Virus record (IMG/VR): IMGVR_UViG_3300008113_000059
Span: 1-64,000 of that record
Length of the DNA stretch: 64,000 nt
Reading direction: 5' to 3' (one strand)
Source: a virus
Shown here: positions 10,758-19,200 of the stretch, piece by piece
Position numbering within the stretch: the stretch's first letter is position 1
How the letters are laid out: each line of letters begins with the position of its first letter
The notes under the pieces: model-generated
Seen by the model: the letters and a program-made list of their open reading frames with translations, nothing else
Databases searched by the model: none
Told to the model about the DNA's origin: nothing
Program-made: the position numbers and the translations under genes

Positions 10758-11030
10758 ATGAGCGAACAAATTAAATTACCAGAAGAATTGCTTTTAGAGA
10801 TCCAAGCTTTAAAAGACGAGTTAACAGAGAACGTTGTTAGAATCGGAAGATTGAATGTCCAAAAATCATTCTACGAGAAGGATTTGAAAATGATGAATAC
10901 TGAATTGGATTCTTTGTATGATATGGCTGAAGCTATTTCAAAAAAAGAGCATGCCTTAGAAGCTAAAGTTGTTAATGAATATGGTAGTGGCAAACTAGAT
11001 TTCGAATCTGGGGTTTTTACAAAATCTTAA
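10758..11030 (+). CDS. Small coiled-coil hypothetical protein
   Basis: 90-aa helical ORF with a C-terminal YGSGKLDFESGVF motif. Confidence 0.75.
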   Translation: MSEQIKLPEELLLEIQALKDELTENVVRIGRLNVQKSFYEKDLKMMNTELDSLYDMAEAISKKEHALEAKVVNEYGSGKLDFESGVFTKS

Positions 11031-11060
11031 ATGTCATCCTCTGAATCAACATAAAAGGGG

Positions 11061-12011
11061 GTGATGAAAAAAATAATTTATATCACTCCCCATCTTTCCA
11101 CCGGAGGATTGCCTCAATATCTGTATAAAAAGATAGAGTCTTTCAATAAGGTGGCTGATGTTTATTGCGTGGAATACAGTTTTCATGGTGATGCATATGT
11201 TGTTCAGAGAAATAAAATAGCTGAACTTCTTGGAGATAGATTTATACCTTTATATGACAATAAGAACAAAATTATCGAATTATTGGAGGATATAAAACCT
11301 GATGTGATTCATTTCGAGGAGCTTCCTGAATCCTTCGTTAGTTCCGAATTATTAAATAGGATCTATAGCAATGATAGGAAATATTTTATATGTGAAACAT
11401 GCCACGGTTCAAATATACCAATAAGTGTTAAGCTATACAGACCTGATAAATTCATTATGGTTTCCGAGTGGATAGACAATAAGTTTAAACCACTGGGGGT
11501 ACCTTCCGATATACTGGAGTACCCTATTGAGGATCTAACACCTCTTAAGAAACATCATATGAATTTGCTTGGCTTATCGCCGGATTTCAAACATGTGGTA
11601 AATATTGGATTATTTACCTCCGGCAAGAATCAGAAAGAGGTTGTTGAGTACGCAAAGAAAACTGAGCATCTCCCAATAAGGTATCATTTCATTGGTAATA
11701 CCGCTGATAATTTTAAGGATTATTGGGAACCTATTCTGACTGATCTTCCTTCTAATTGCAGGATATGGGGTGAAAGAAATGATGTTGATTCATTCTATCA
11801 AGCTGCGGATCTTTTTCTATTTACCTCTATTTTTGAGCTAAATCCTCTGTCGATAAAGGAAGCTCTTTCTTGGAAGCTTCCTTGTATGTTTAGAAAACTT
11901 GATACTTACATGAGCACGTATGATGGATTTCCTAATGTTCATTATCTCAACGATGACAGGGAATCTAATATTTCGGAAATGCTAAAAATACTTGGTGTAG
12001 ATGGAAATTAA
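11061..12011 (+). CDS. Glycosyltransferase, GT-B fold (GT4-like)
   Basis: PHLSTGGLPQY, NIGLFTSGKNQ and FYQAADLFLFTSIFELNPLSIKEA (EX7E). Confidence 0.85.
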   Translation: MMKKIIYITPHLSTGGLPQYLYKKIESFNKVADVYCVEYSFHGDAYVVQRNKIAELLGDRFIPLYDNKNKIIELLEDIKPDVIHFEELPESFVSSELLNRIYSNDRKYFICETCHGSNIPISVKLYRPDKFIMVSEWIDNKFKPLGVPSDILEYPIEDLTPLKKHHMNLLGLSPDFKHVVNIGLFTSGKNQKEVVEYAKKTEHLPIRYHFIGNTADNFKDYWEPILTDLPSNCRIWGERNDVDSFYQAADLFLFTSIFELNPLSIKEALSWKLPCMFRKLDTYMSTYDGFPNVHYLNDDRESNISEMLKILGVDGN

Positions 12012-13191
12012 AGAGCAGTCAATTAGCATATACTCCGATCTGGTTAAATACGACGAGATCCACTTTGAAGAGAATCTAAAAATTAGAGCTCATTTATCGT
12101 TTGATTATAATCCTAAAATAGAAATATCCGGTCCCTCTGGGATACCGGGAATCCCCAATTCATTTAATACATTCATAAGAGACAGCGGAGATCTTCTATA
12201 CACATCAACCATACACACCGTAATGTTTTCATCAGGACTCCGACGGTGGGTTTTTGATTGCGACATGGAAGTCAGAGACGAATCAAATAATATAATCTCA
12301 TCATTTAACCTTTTTGATAAATTTAAAACTGGTAAAGTTTTGGTTTCTATTGACAGCTCAGCATTAGGTGATACATTAGCTTGGCTCCCATATATAGAAG
12401 AATTTAGAAAAAAATATGCTGTCAACAACCTTATTGTAACGACATTTTGGAATCAGTTATTTGAGGGTCGATATGCCGATATAAAATTCAAACATCCTGG
12501 ATACAGGGAGGAAGAAATTGATGCAATTATTGGTGTTGGTTGGTACGAGGAGACTGATGCTAATGTTCATAAAAATGATCCCCGTTCTATACCAATGCAG
12601 CAGGTTGCATCTGATATATTGGGTGTAGAGTATGCTGGTGAAATTAAACCTATAATTAACAAGACCCTACTAAGTAGACCTACTGATAAGAAATACGTTT
12701 GTATTGCAACAGAATCCACAGCGGGTGCAAAATATTGGCATTATCCTGGAGGATGGCAAAGATTGGTTGATTTACTTAAATCAGTGGGTTACGATGTGAT
12801 TGTTATTCACAAACAACCAACTGATCTAAAGGGAGTCATAGATAGAACGGGGGATCTTCCGATATCGGAAAGAATAAGTGATCTACTGCAATGTGAATTT
12901 TTCATTGGACTTGGATCTGGTATGTCTTGGTTATCGTGGTCCTTGGAAGTTCCAACGGTCATGATATCCGGATTCAGTCTACCCACAATGGAGTTTTTAG
13001 ATAAAACTCTAAGAATAATAAATAAGGATGTTTGTCATGGATGTTTCTCAAACACATCATATAAATTTGACAGAGGCGATTGGTGGTGGTGTCCTGTTCA
13101 TAAAGGAACAGATCGCTACTTCGAATGCACAAGAACAATAAAGCCGGAAGATGTCTTCATAAAGATATTAGACTGGATTCCCACTCTTTAA
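12001..13191 (+). CDS. Autotransporter O-heptosyltransferase (Aah/TibC, BAHT family; GT9-like)
   Basis: SSALGDTLAW, YVCIATESTAGAKYWHYPGGW, FFIGLGSGMSWLSW, PTVMISGFS and a four-Cys motif CHGC...WWWCP.HKGT.RYFEC, matching the iron-binding BAHT signature. Confidence 0.85.
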   Translation: MEIKEQSISIYSDLVKYDEIHFEENLKIRAHLSFDYNPKIEISGPSGIPGIPNSFNTFIRDSGDLLYTSTIHTVMFSSGLRRWVFDCDMEVRDESNNIISSFNLFDKFKTGKVLVSIDSSALGDTLAWLPYIEEFRKKYAVNNLIVTTFWNQLFEGRYADIKFKHPGYREEEIDAIIGVGWYEETDANVHKNDPRSIPMQQVASDILGVEYAGEIKPIINKTLLSRPTDKKYVCIATESTAGAKYWHYPGGWQRLVDLLKSVGYDVIVIHKQPTDLKGVIDRTGDLPISERISDLLQCEFFIGLGSGMSWLSWSLEVPTVMISGFSLPTMEFLDKTLRIINKDVCHGCFSNTSYKFDRGDWWWCPVHKGTDRYFECTRTIKPEDVFIKILDWIPTL

Positions 13192-13297
13192 AAATTAACT
13201 CTACCCGATTCAGTAACAACCTCCTCTGGATAGGTTATTCTTGTGCCTTGTTTATGAGATTCTGCTATACCTTTGAATTTCGCAATTTATTTATTTA

Positions 13298-13305
13298 GAT
13301 ATATA
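13298..13305 (+). promoter_or_regulatory. Putative late promoter GATATATA
   Basis: Recurrent octamer; lies 21 nt before ATG 13327. Confidence 0.7.
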
Positions 13306-13326
13306 ATCTCACTTAAAAAATATCAA

Positions 13327-13662
13327 ATGTCAGAAATAAGAGAATATTTTACATGGGAGGGAAACACGTTAATATTCGGTGACAGAGATGGATACAAATG
13401 GGAAACAACCTATAAAATAGTCCAGGACGCTGCATCAGCCGTTAATCTGGCCAGTGGATATGGATTACATCCACTGGAAAACATCGAGAGGAAACTTCCG
13501 GGGAAAGAATTTAAACAGTTTATAAGGATCGTTTGTGAAGTTAACGGAAAGATATATACAGAGACTAGACACAAAGAGATAGCTAGAAAAGTCACTGTTG
13601 GTGATATAGAGAAAACCTTTGATAAATATAGCATAAAAATCGAGGTAAAAGATAATAAATAA
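13327..13662 (+). CDS. Hypothetical late protein
   Basis: Start moved from TTG 13273 to ATG 13327, which lies downstream of the GATATATA motif in an A-rich context. Confidence 0.7.
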   Translation: MSEIREYFTWEGNTLIFGDRDGYKWETTYKIVQDAASAVNLASGYGLHPLENIERKLPGKEFKQFIRIVCEVNGKIYTETRHKEIARKVTVGDIEKTFDKYSIKIEVKDNK

Positions 13663-13665
13663 GAA

Positions 13666-14382
13666 ATGATAACAAGATATTCAGATTTCGTTTTCAAACC
13701 AAAGCAACCATTGGCACCTTCTAATGGACCCATTTTGGAAAAAAAAGAGGTTAAAAAAGATGATAAACTATTGAAAGAAAATTTAATCGATGATGTTATC
13801 TCATCAAAGATGAAATTACCTATCCCTGTTGACATCAAAACAAATTATGGGAATGAGGAAGAGGAGGAGTTTGACGACGAAGAATATTACGGGGAACCAG
13901 TAGAAAAAACAATAACGGACTTTATAGACCCAGCTTATATAAAATCTACACAGCCAACTTTTATTTCTGAACCCGAAGAAGTTGTATCCGAGCCTATAAT
14001 CACGGAGCCACAAATTCCTATGGATCCGCTTGCTTATAAAATATTCAGAGACAAAGCGGAATCTTTCGAATGCAAGGTTATGATAGAGGGAAGCGATGTT
14101 AAAAACACTGCGGTTAGACTTATACTAGAATCCGAAGAATGGAACATATTCTTTAAAGGTTCCATAAGCGGAGGAGTTTGTAGGATACCTCTTAAAAAAA
14201 TATCAATATTATCACCGGGACTTAAAGGTGTAATTAAATTAGAGGTTGTTGTAGATGGGGAGATTTTCTATCCTTGGTACGAAACATTCCAAGTGCAAAA
14301 CAATAAGAATGTAAAGGTGGAAATATTATCACAAAAGCAAAATAACCAGGCACAATCAGGCACTAGAGTTAGAATTGCTTAA
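13666..14382 (+). CDS. Hypothetical virion protein with acidic/Pro-rich linker and beta-rich C-terminal domain
   Basis: 238-aa ORF; N-terminus MITRYSDF resembles a capsid-targeting sequence. Confidence 0.7.
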   Translation: MITRYSDFVFKPKQPLAPSNGPILEKKEVKKDDKLLKENLIDDVISSKMKLPIPVDIKTNYGNEEEEEFDDEEYYGEPVEKTITDFIDPAYIKSTQPTFISEPEEVVSEPIITEPQIPMDPLAYKIFRDKAESFECKVMIEGSDVKNTAVRLILESEEWNIFFKGSISGGVCRIPLKKISILSPGLKGVIKLEVVVDGEIFYPWYETFQVQNNKNVKVEILSQKQNNQAQSGTRVRIA

Positions 14383-14401
14383 ACGCAAAAAAATTTAATA
14401 A

Positions 14402-15540
14402 GTGTCAAATCCGTTAAATCTTACAGGCCAATTTATAGCCGACACGTATGGTAGATTATTGCAGACACAAGACAATAATGTCTATGATGGGGAGGGCAAT
14501 TATTTATATACAATAGGTGGAACAGGGGGAGGATCAGAAATTCCTGGTCCTACTGGTCCTACTGGTCCTACCGGACCAAGCGGTGCTATAGGAGCTATTG
14601 GTGTAACTGGAAATACTGGAGCAACAGGATCACAAGGTCCAACAGGATCACAAGGTCCAACAGGATCACAAGGTCCAACAGGATCACAAGGTCCAACAGG
14701 ATCACAAGGTATAATGGAGCAACCGGAACTATTGGAGCTACTGGACCAACTGGAACTAATGGGGCTATAGGAGCTACAGGCCCAACTGGAGCTAATGGTA
14801 ATGATGGTATTAGTGTTTCATATTATAGATATAAAGCAGGAACAAGCTCTCAAACTCCTCCCCCTGCGACGAATCAAATTATATGGGATAATGCTACCCA
14901 AATAAGCTCTACCATACTATACATTTCCCATTTAACGACGGATAATATAGATATAGATGTTTTTCTAGGTTTAATTACAACGGAGGATAATTTAATCATC
15001 CAGGACCAGAACAATTCTAGTAACTACCAAAAATGGTTGGTGAGTTCATCACCCACAATTATACCTAATAATTATGTTTCTGTACCAGTTACTTATGTGG
15101 AAGGTGGTTATTCATTTTCTGCTGGACAGGATATAATTCTAGTACCCCTATCTATTGGGATACAAGGTCCAGCAGGACCCACAGGAAACAATGGTGCTAA
15201 TGGAGCAACTGGTCCAACGGGAAATAATGGAGCAACCGGACCCACGGGATCCTCTGGTGAATATTCAATAACAACCACAACAACCACTTATAATATAGTT
15301 GATACCAGTGGGACTTTTATCTTAAAATGCGATAGCACGGGGGGTGAATTTCAAGTCAATTTACCAACAGCAATAGGAAATACAGCAACAATAGTCGTTA
15401 AAAAAACTGCTGGTACAGCAGCTGTTACAGTTAATGGATTTTCAACAGAAACTATTGACGATGGGCTTACCGCAGTAATAAATAACATATATGAATCAAT
15501 TACATTAGTTTCCGATAATTCAAACTGGTGGGTAATATAA
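14402..15540 (+). CDS. Collagen-like (Gly-Pro-Thr) fibre protein, split by a frame break at about 14711
   Basis: Frame 2 GPT/GSQ repeats run to 14710; the Gly-X-Y reading resumes in frame 1 at 14713 ([13 protein letters not shown]...) and stays open to 15540. Confidence 0.8.
14622..14710 (+). repeat. Perfect 18-bp tandem repeat (caacaggatcacaaggtc), about 4.9 copies
   Basis: Seen directly; encodes TGSQGP and ends exactly at the frame break. Confidence 0.95.
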
Positions 15541-15554
15541 AATAAAGATTAAAA

Positions 15555-16001
15555 ATGGCATACAATCCTAATAATCCAAACGGACAAACAACTGCAGCAA
15601 ACTCAGCGCCAGTCGTTATTGCATCGGATCAGACTGCAGTTAATGCCTCCCTACAAGAGATTGCAACTGGAGGTGCATCAGTATTTCACCTTGTTTCTTT
15701 ATCAGGTACAAATCCTACAAATATAAAAAATGGACCTGGTAAGATAACCGGATGGTTCATTTATAATAACACAGGAGTTGTTAAAAAAGTTGCATTTCAT
15801 AATAATGCAGGTACACCAACAGCAGGAACAGGCGTTTATTTTTCAATCGTAATTCCTCCCCTATCAGCAGCTAATTGTTCCTTTCCCGCAGGAATAAATT
15901 TTTCAACTGGTATTGCAATAACTACAACAAGTGGTTTAGCAGATTCCGATACATCTATCGTTAATGCATCGGATCTTAGTATAAATATATTCTTTAAATA
16001 A
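15555..16001 (+). CDS. Hypothetical structural protein
   Basis: 148 aa, small-residue beta-rich sequence within the fibre operon. Confidence 0.7.
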   Translation: MAYNPNNPNGQTTAANSAPVVIASDQTAVNASLQEIATGGASVFHLVSLSGTNPTNIKNGPGKITGWFIYNNTGVVKKVAFHNNAGTPTAGTGVYFSIVIPPLSAANCSFPAGINFSTGIAITTTSGLADSDTSIVNASDLSINIFFK

Positions 16002-16002
16002 T

Positions 16003-16341
16003 ATGGCAAACATTCAATCAACAAACAAATTTACGTATCCATTGCAATGGAACATCGAAAAACTCAATGTAACGGTTAATACATTTCCTCTTTTCCCTGA
16101 AACTGTTGAAGTATTCTGGGAATTAATAGGTGGTGATTTTTCAAAAGAAGGTACTCTGATTATTCCTCAAGAAATAGTCTCTCAATGGGGAACTAACGAT
16201 TCGATATTGGAGGATTATGTTATCGAACAATTAAACTTAACTCGATCAATAACTGAAGAAACTCTACCAACCGAAGAAACTACACCGACGGAAGAAACTC
16301 CACCGACAGAAGAAACTCCACCGACAGAACCTATAGTATAG
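16003..16341 (+). CDS. Hypothetical protein with C-terminal TEETPP repeats
   Basis: Four 18-bp/6-aa repeats at about 16252-16329. Confidence 0.75.
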   Translation: MANIQSTNKFTYPLQWNIEKLNVTVNTFPLFPETVEVFWELIGGDFSKEGTLIIPQEIVSQWGTNDSILEDYVIEQLNLTRSITEETLPTEETTPTEETPPTEETPPTEPIV

Positions 16342-16342
16342 G

Positions 16343-19003
16343 ATGGCAATAAAGTATTGGTACGTAGCAAATAATGGTAGTGCCTCTTGGTCAACCGGTG
16401 GTAATTGGTACGATACTTCTGGAGGTCCACCAAATGGAGGCGTTGTTGTAGGTGCACCTACAGTAGATGATGATGCTATTTTAGATAGTAATTCTGGTAC
16501 TGGTACGATAACTATTACGTCGAATGCTTCGACTTGTCTTTCTCTTGATGCTAGTTCTTTTAGCGGGACTTTTGCCGGTACTGCTACTATTACAATCATA
16601 TATAGCTTATACCTCGGACCCAGTATGACTTTATCTCATACTGGTAGAATGGCTTTTGGAAGTGCAGCTTACGGACCTACTTATTCAGGTGTCCTAGATT
16701 TTTCTACTCAAACCGTTGTAGGTACTATAGTCTTTCAAAGTCCTGGATCTTATTGGGATGTCTATGATTTAAAAACCGTTTCTACATCTTCAGTTACTTT
16801 AAGTGGTGGAGAAATATCTACATACAATTCTAATAAACCATATGCATTAGAATGTGGTTTATTCATATCAACTGGGAGTGGGTCAAGAGCCTTCTGGGGT
16901 GGGTCAAGTGGTATAGATTGGAACATTACTGGATTTGGTACGGTTTGGAATGTTAGTGGAACAAATATCACTGCTGGGGATTATTATAATAACTATCCTA
17001 CCGGATACCTTAATATCACAAATTCATCCTCCAATACAAAAACCATTACGCATTCATTAACTGGATTTAATACTCCTTTCCAAACAACCCTAGGTGGAAC
17101 TGGTAATGGATCCTTTGTTATATCATCTAGTGCAGGGTTGAACGATTTTTATGTTACCAATACTGGAGGAGCTCAATTAACTTTTAATTCTTGTACTATA
17201 TACGGTAACTATTTCAGTTTTGGTAATTCTAATGTTAATTGGAATAGTACGAGTTCTGTTATAACATTCGTAAACACCGGTGATCTTGAATTCATCTTAA
17301 GTCCTAATAGTACTATTACCTTTTCAGGAGATATTGTAATGAATATGGCTGCCAATTCTTACATATATTACACGTCGAACGGTAAGTCTCTAACCGGAAC
17401 TTTTACTCTTAATAATGGAAGTACTCTATATGCTTATGATAGCTTTTCTTGTAATGGTACTTTTACGTTAAACTCGGGAATTGTAGAATATACTGGAGCG
17501 CCTATATCCATTGGTGCTTTATCATCAAGCAATTCTAATACTCGTACATTTTCTACTCCGACTTTATATTTAACGGGTACTGGTACTCTTATATCAGCAT
17601 CAGTTACAACCGGATTAACGTTTGCCGTTGACGATATTTATCTAACAAGCACGAGTTCATTATCAAAAACTGCATCTTTTTCAGGTATAATTTGTGCAAT
17701 AAACTCGGTAAATTTGGAAGGATCCGGAAGTAGTTTAACGTCGATGACATTCGCTGCTTCTTCGGTTACTACTCCTTATGTATACATACGAAAATTAGGA
17801 GGAACTTTAAACATAGGTACGAGTACGATGAGATCTTTAGTTTTTGTTGAGGGATCTACTATAACCTGGGCAAATGGTAGTAATGTACACACCATACTAG
17901 AAGATCTTATTTTATGTTCTTCTATGACGGTATCTACTTCGTCAAGTACCATATCATTTCCTTTAGCTAACGAGTATAGTTCCACTTTTGTTACTGCAAA
18001 TAAAACTTTTAGTGGAACTTTGAGTGTGTTAAACCCGAATGGATTGTTTGTTAATGGAAATTATACCTCAACTTCTACGAGTACTAGTGCAATAAGTGTA
18101 GCAACTCAAGGTTCGGTAACTTTCAGCGGTAACGTACAAGTTAGTAGCGGTAGTTTTGTTTCCAATAGTGGAACTTCTGGAGGTGGAGCTCAGGGTTTAT
18201 TTGCAAATGTAGATTTTAGAGGATCTCTAACCGCTAATGCCGTTTCATTTACCGATACATATGTTCAGTTACGAAACGCCACAGTAAATGGAGCTATGAG
18301 TTTTAGTACATATGGTTCAATGTATGTTTATCCAAATTCTACACTCAATCTAGGGTCATTTGCATCATCTACAGCCTCTGCCGTTAGAGATATAACATTA
18401 AACAATGCAATCATAAACCTTAATGGTATTGGAACAGTTTGGAATACCAGTTCCGGAGGAGCAAATTTAACTCTTAGTGCCGCTAGTTCTACCATAAACA
18501 TAACTAATAAAACATCCAATACAGTGACTGTATTATTAGGTAATGCATATGCTTATGGAAACTTTAATATTGATCGATCACAGCCTTATTCTGCCGGATT
18601 TGCTGTATCTACCATTGTTGGTGGGATTGGTGATTCATTTGCAAATTTTATAGATACCACGAAAATGACTCCTCCAGGAGCATTACATGATATAGTATTT
18701 TCCGGATCATCTTCTGCTACATACACTCAGATCCGAGAAACATTTAAAGTAGGTAATCCTGACAATCTTACGAGGATATATTCGAGTTCAGCCAATCCAT
18801 TTTATCTGCAAAAAACCGCATCAGTTTCTAATGGATTGGTAATTTGCTCAAATGTTTATGTTCAATTATCTAGAGTTCTTCCTACTAATACTTGGTATGC
18901 CATAGGTTCTACCACCAACACGACATCAAGTGATGGAGGATCTAATGTTAATTGGATATTCGGAGTTCCTTCGAGAAGATTAGGATCTCAAGGAGTAGGG
19001 TAA
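16343..19003 (+). CDS. Ser/Thr/Gly/Asn-rich beta-helix-like adhesin or fibre (autotransporter-passenger-like)
   Basis: 886 aa with very few charged residues and alternating beta-strand repeats (GTFTLNNG, GTFTLNSG, TLNLGS); N-terminal YW...W....NW...P..DD motif. Confidence 0.7.
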   Translation: MAIKYWYVANNGSASWSTGGNWYDTSGGPPNGGVVVGAPTVDDDAILDSNSGTGTITITSNASTCLSLDASSFSGTFAGTATITIIYSLYLGPSMTLSHTGRMAFGSAAYGPTYSGVLDFSTQTVVGTIVFQSPGSYWDVYDLKTVSTSSVTLSGGEISTYNSNKPYALECGLFISTGSGSRAFWGGSSGIDWNITGFGTVWNVSGTNITAGDYYNNYPTGYLNITNSSSNTKTITHSLTGFNTPFQTTLGGTGNGSFVISSSAGLNDFYVTNTGGAQLTFNSCTIYGNYFSFGNSNVNWNSTSSVITFVNTGDLEFILSPNSTITFSGDIVMNMAANSYIYYTSNGKSLTGTFTLNNGSTLYAYDSFSCNGTFTLNSGIVEYTGAPISIGALSSSNSNTRTFSTPTLYLTGTGTLISASVTTGLTFAVDDIYLTSTSSLSKTASFSGIICAINSVNLEGSGSSLTSMTFAASSVTTPYVYIRKLGGTLNIGTSTMRSLVFVEGSTITWANGSNVHTILEDLILCSSMTVSTSSSTISFPLANEYSSTFVTANKTFSGTLSVLNPNGLFVNGNYTSTSTSTSAISVATQGSVTFSGNVQVSSGSFVSNSGTSGGGAQGLFANVDFRGSLTANAVSFTDTYVQLRNATVNGAMSFSTYGSMYVYPNSTLNLGSFASSTASAVRDITLNNAIINLNGIGTVWNTSSGGANLTLSAASSTINITNKTSNTVTVLLGNAYAYGNFNIDRSQPYSAGFAVSTIVGGIGDSFANFIDTTKMTPPGALHDIVFSGSSSATYTQIRETFKVGNPDNLTRIYSSSANPFYLQKTASVSNGLVICSNVYVQLSRVLPTNTWYAIGSTTNTTSSDGGSNVNWIFGVPSRRLGSQGVG

Positions 19004-19173
19004 AAATATAAAAAGTTAAAATATACAAAAATAATTAAAAAGACATCCGTATAATAAACAGCAAATTGATTAAACAATTTAATCATAATCATTGCGCATA
19101 ATTCCATTTACATGCGCCGGGTCATGTTATCAACCACAGACATTTCTTTGTCAATCATCCAAATTTAATCTCG

Positions 19174-19181
19174 GATATATA
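19174..19181 (+). promoter_or_regulatory. Putative late promoter GATATATA
   Basis: 19 nt before ATG 19201. Confidence 0.7.
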
Positions 19182-19200
19182 AAAAAAGTAAATATGGCTA

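Noticed and set aside
13268-13275. TACCTTTG as a fourth early promoter
   Set aside because: It lacks the upstream T-tract at the conserved spacing, and a late motif lies closer to the gene.
19004-19173. 170-bp spacer as a tRNA, ncRNA or small gene
   Set aside because: No cloverleaf or strong hairpin was seen; there are only short AT-biased minus-strand frames.
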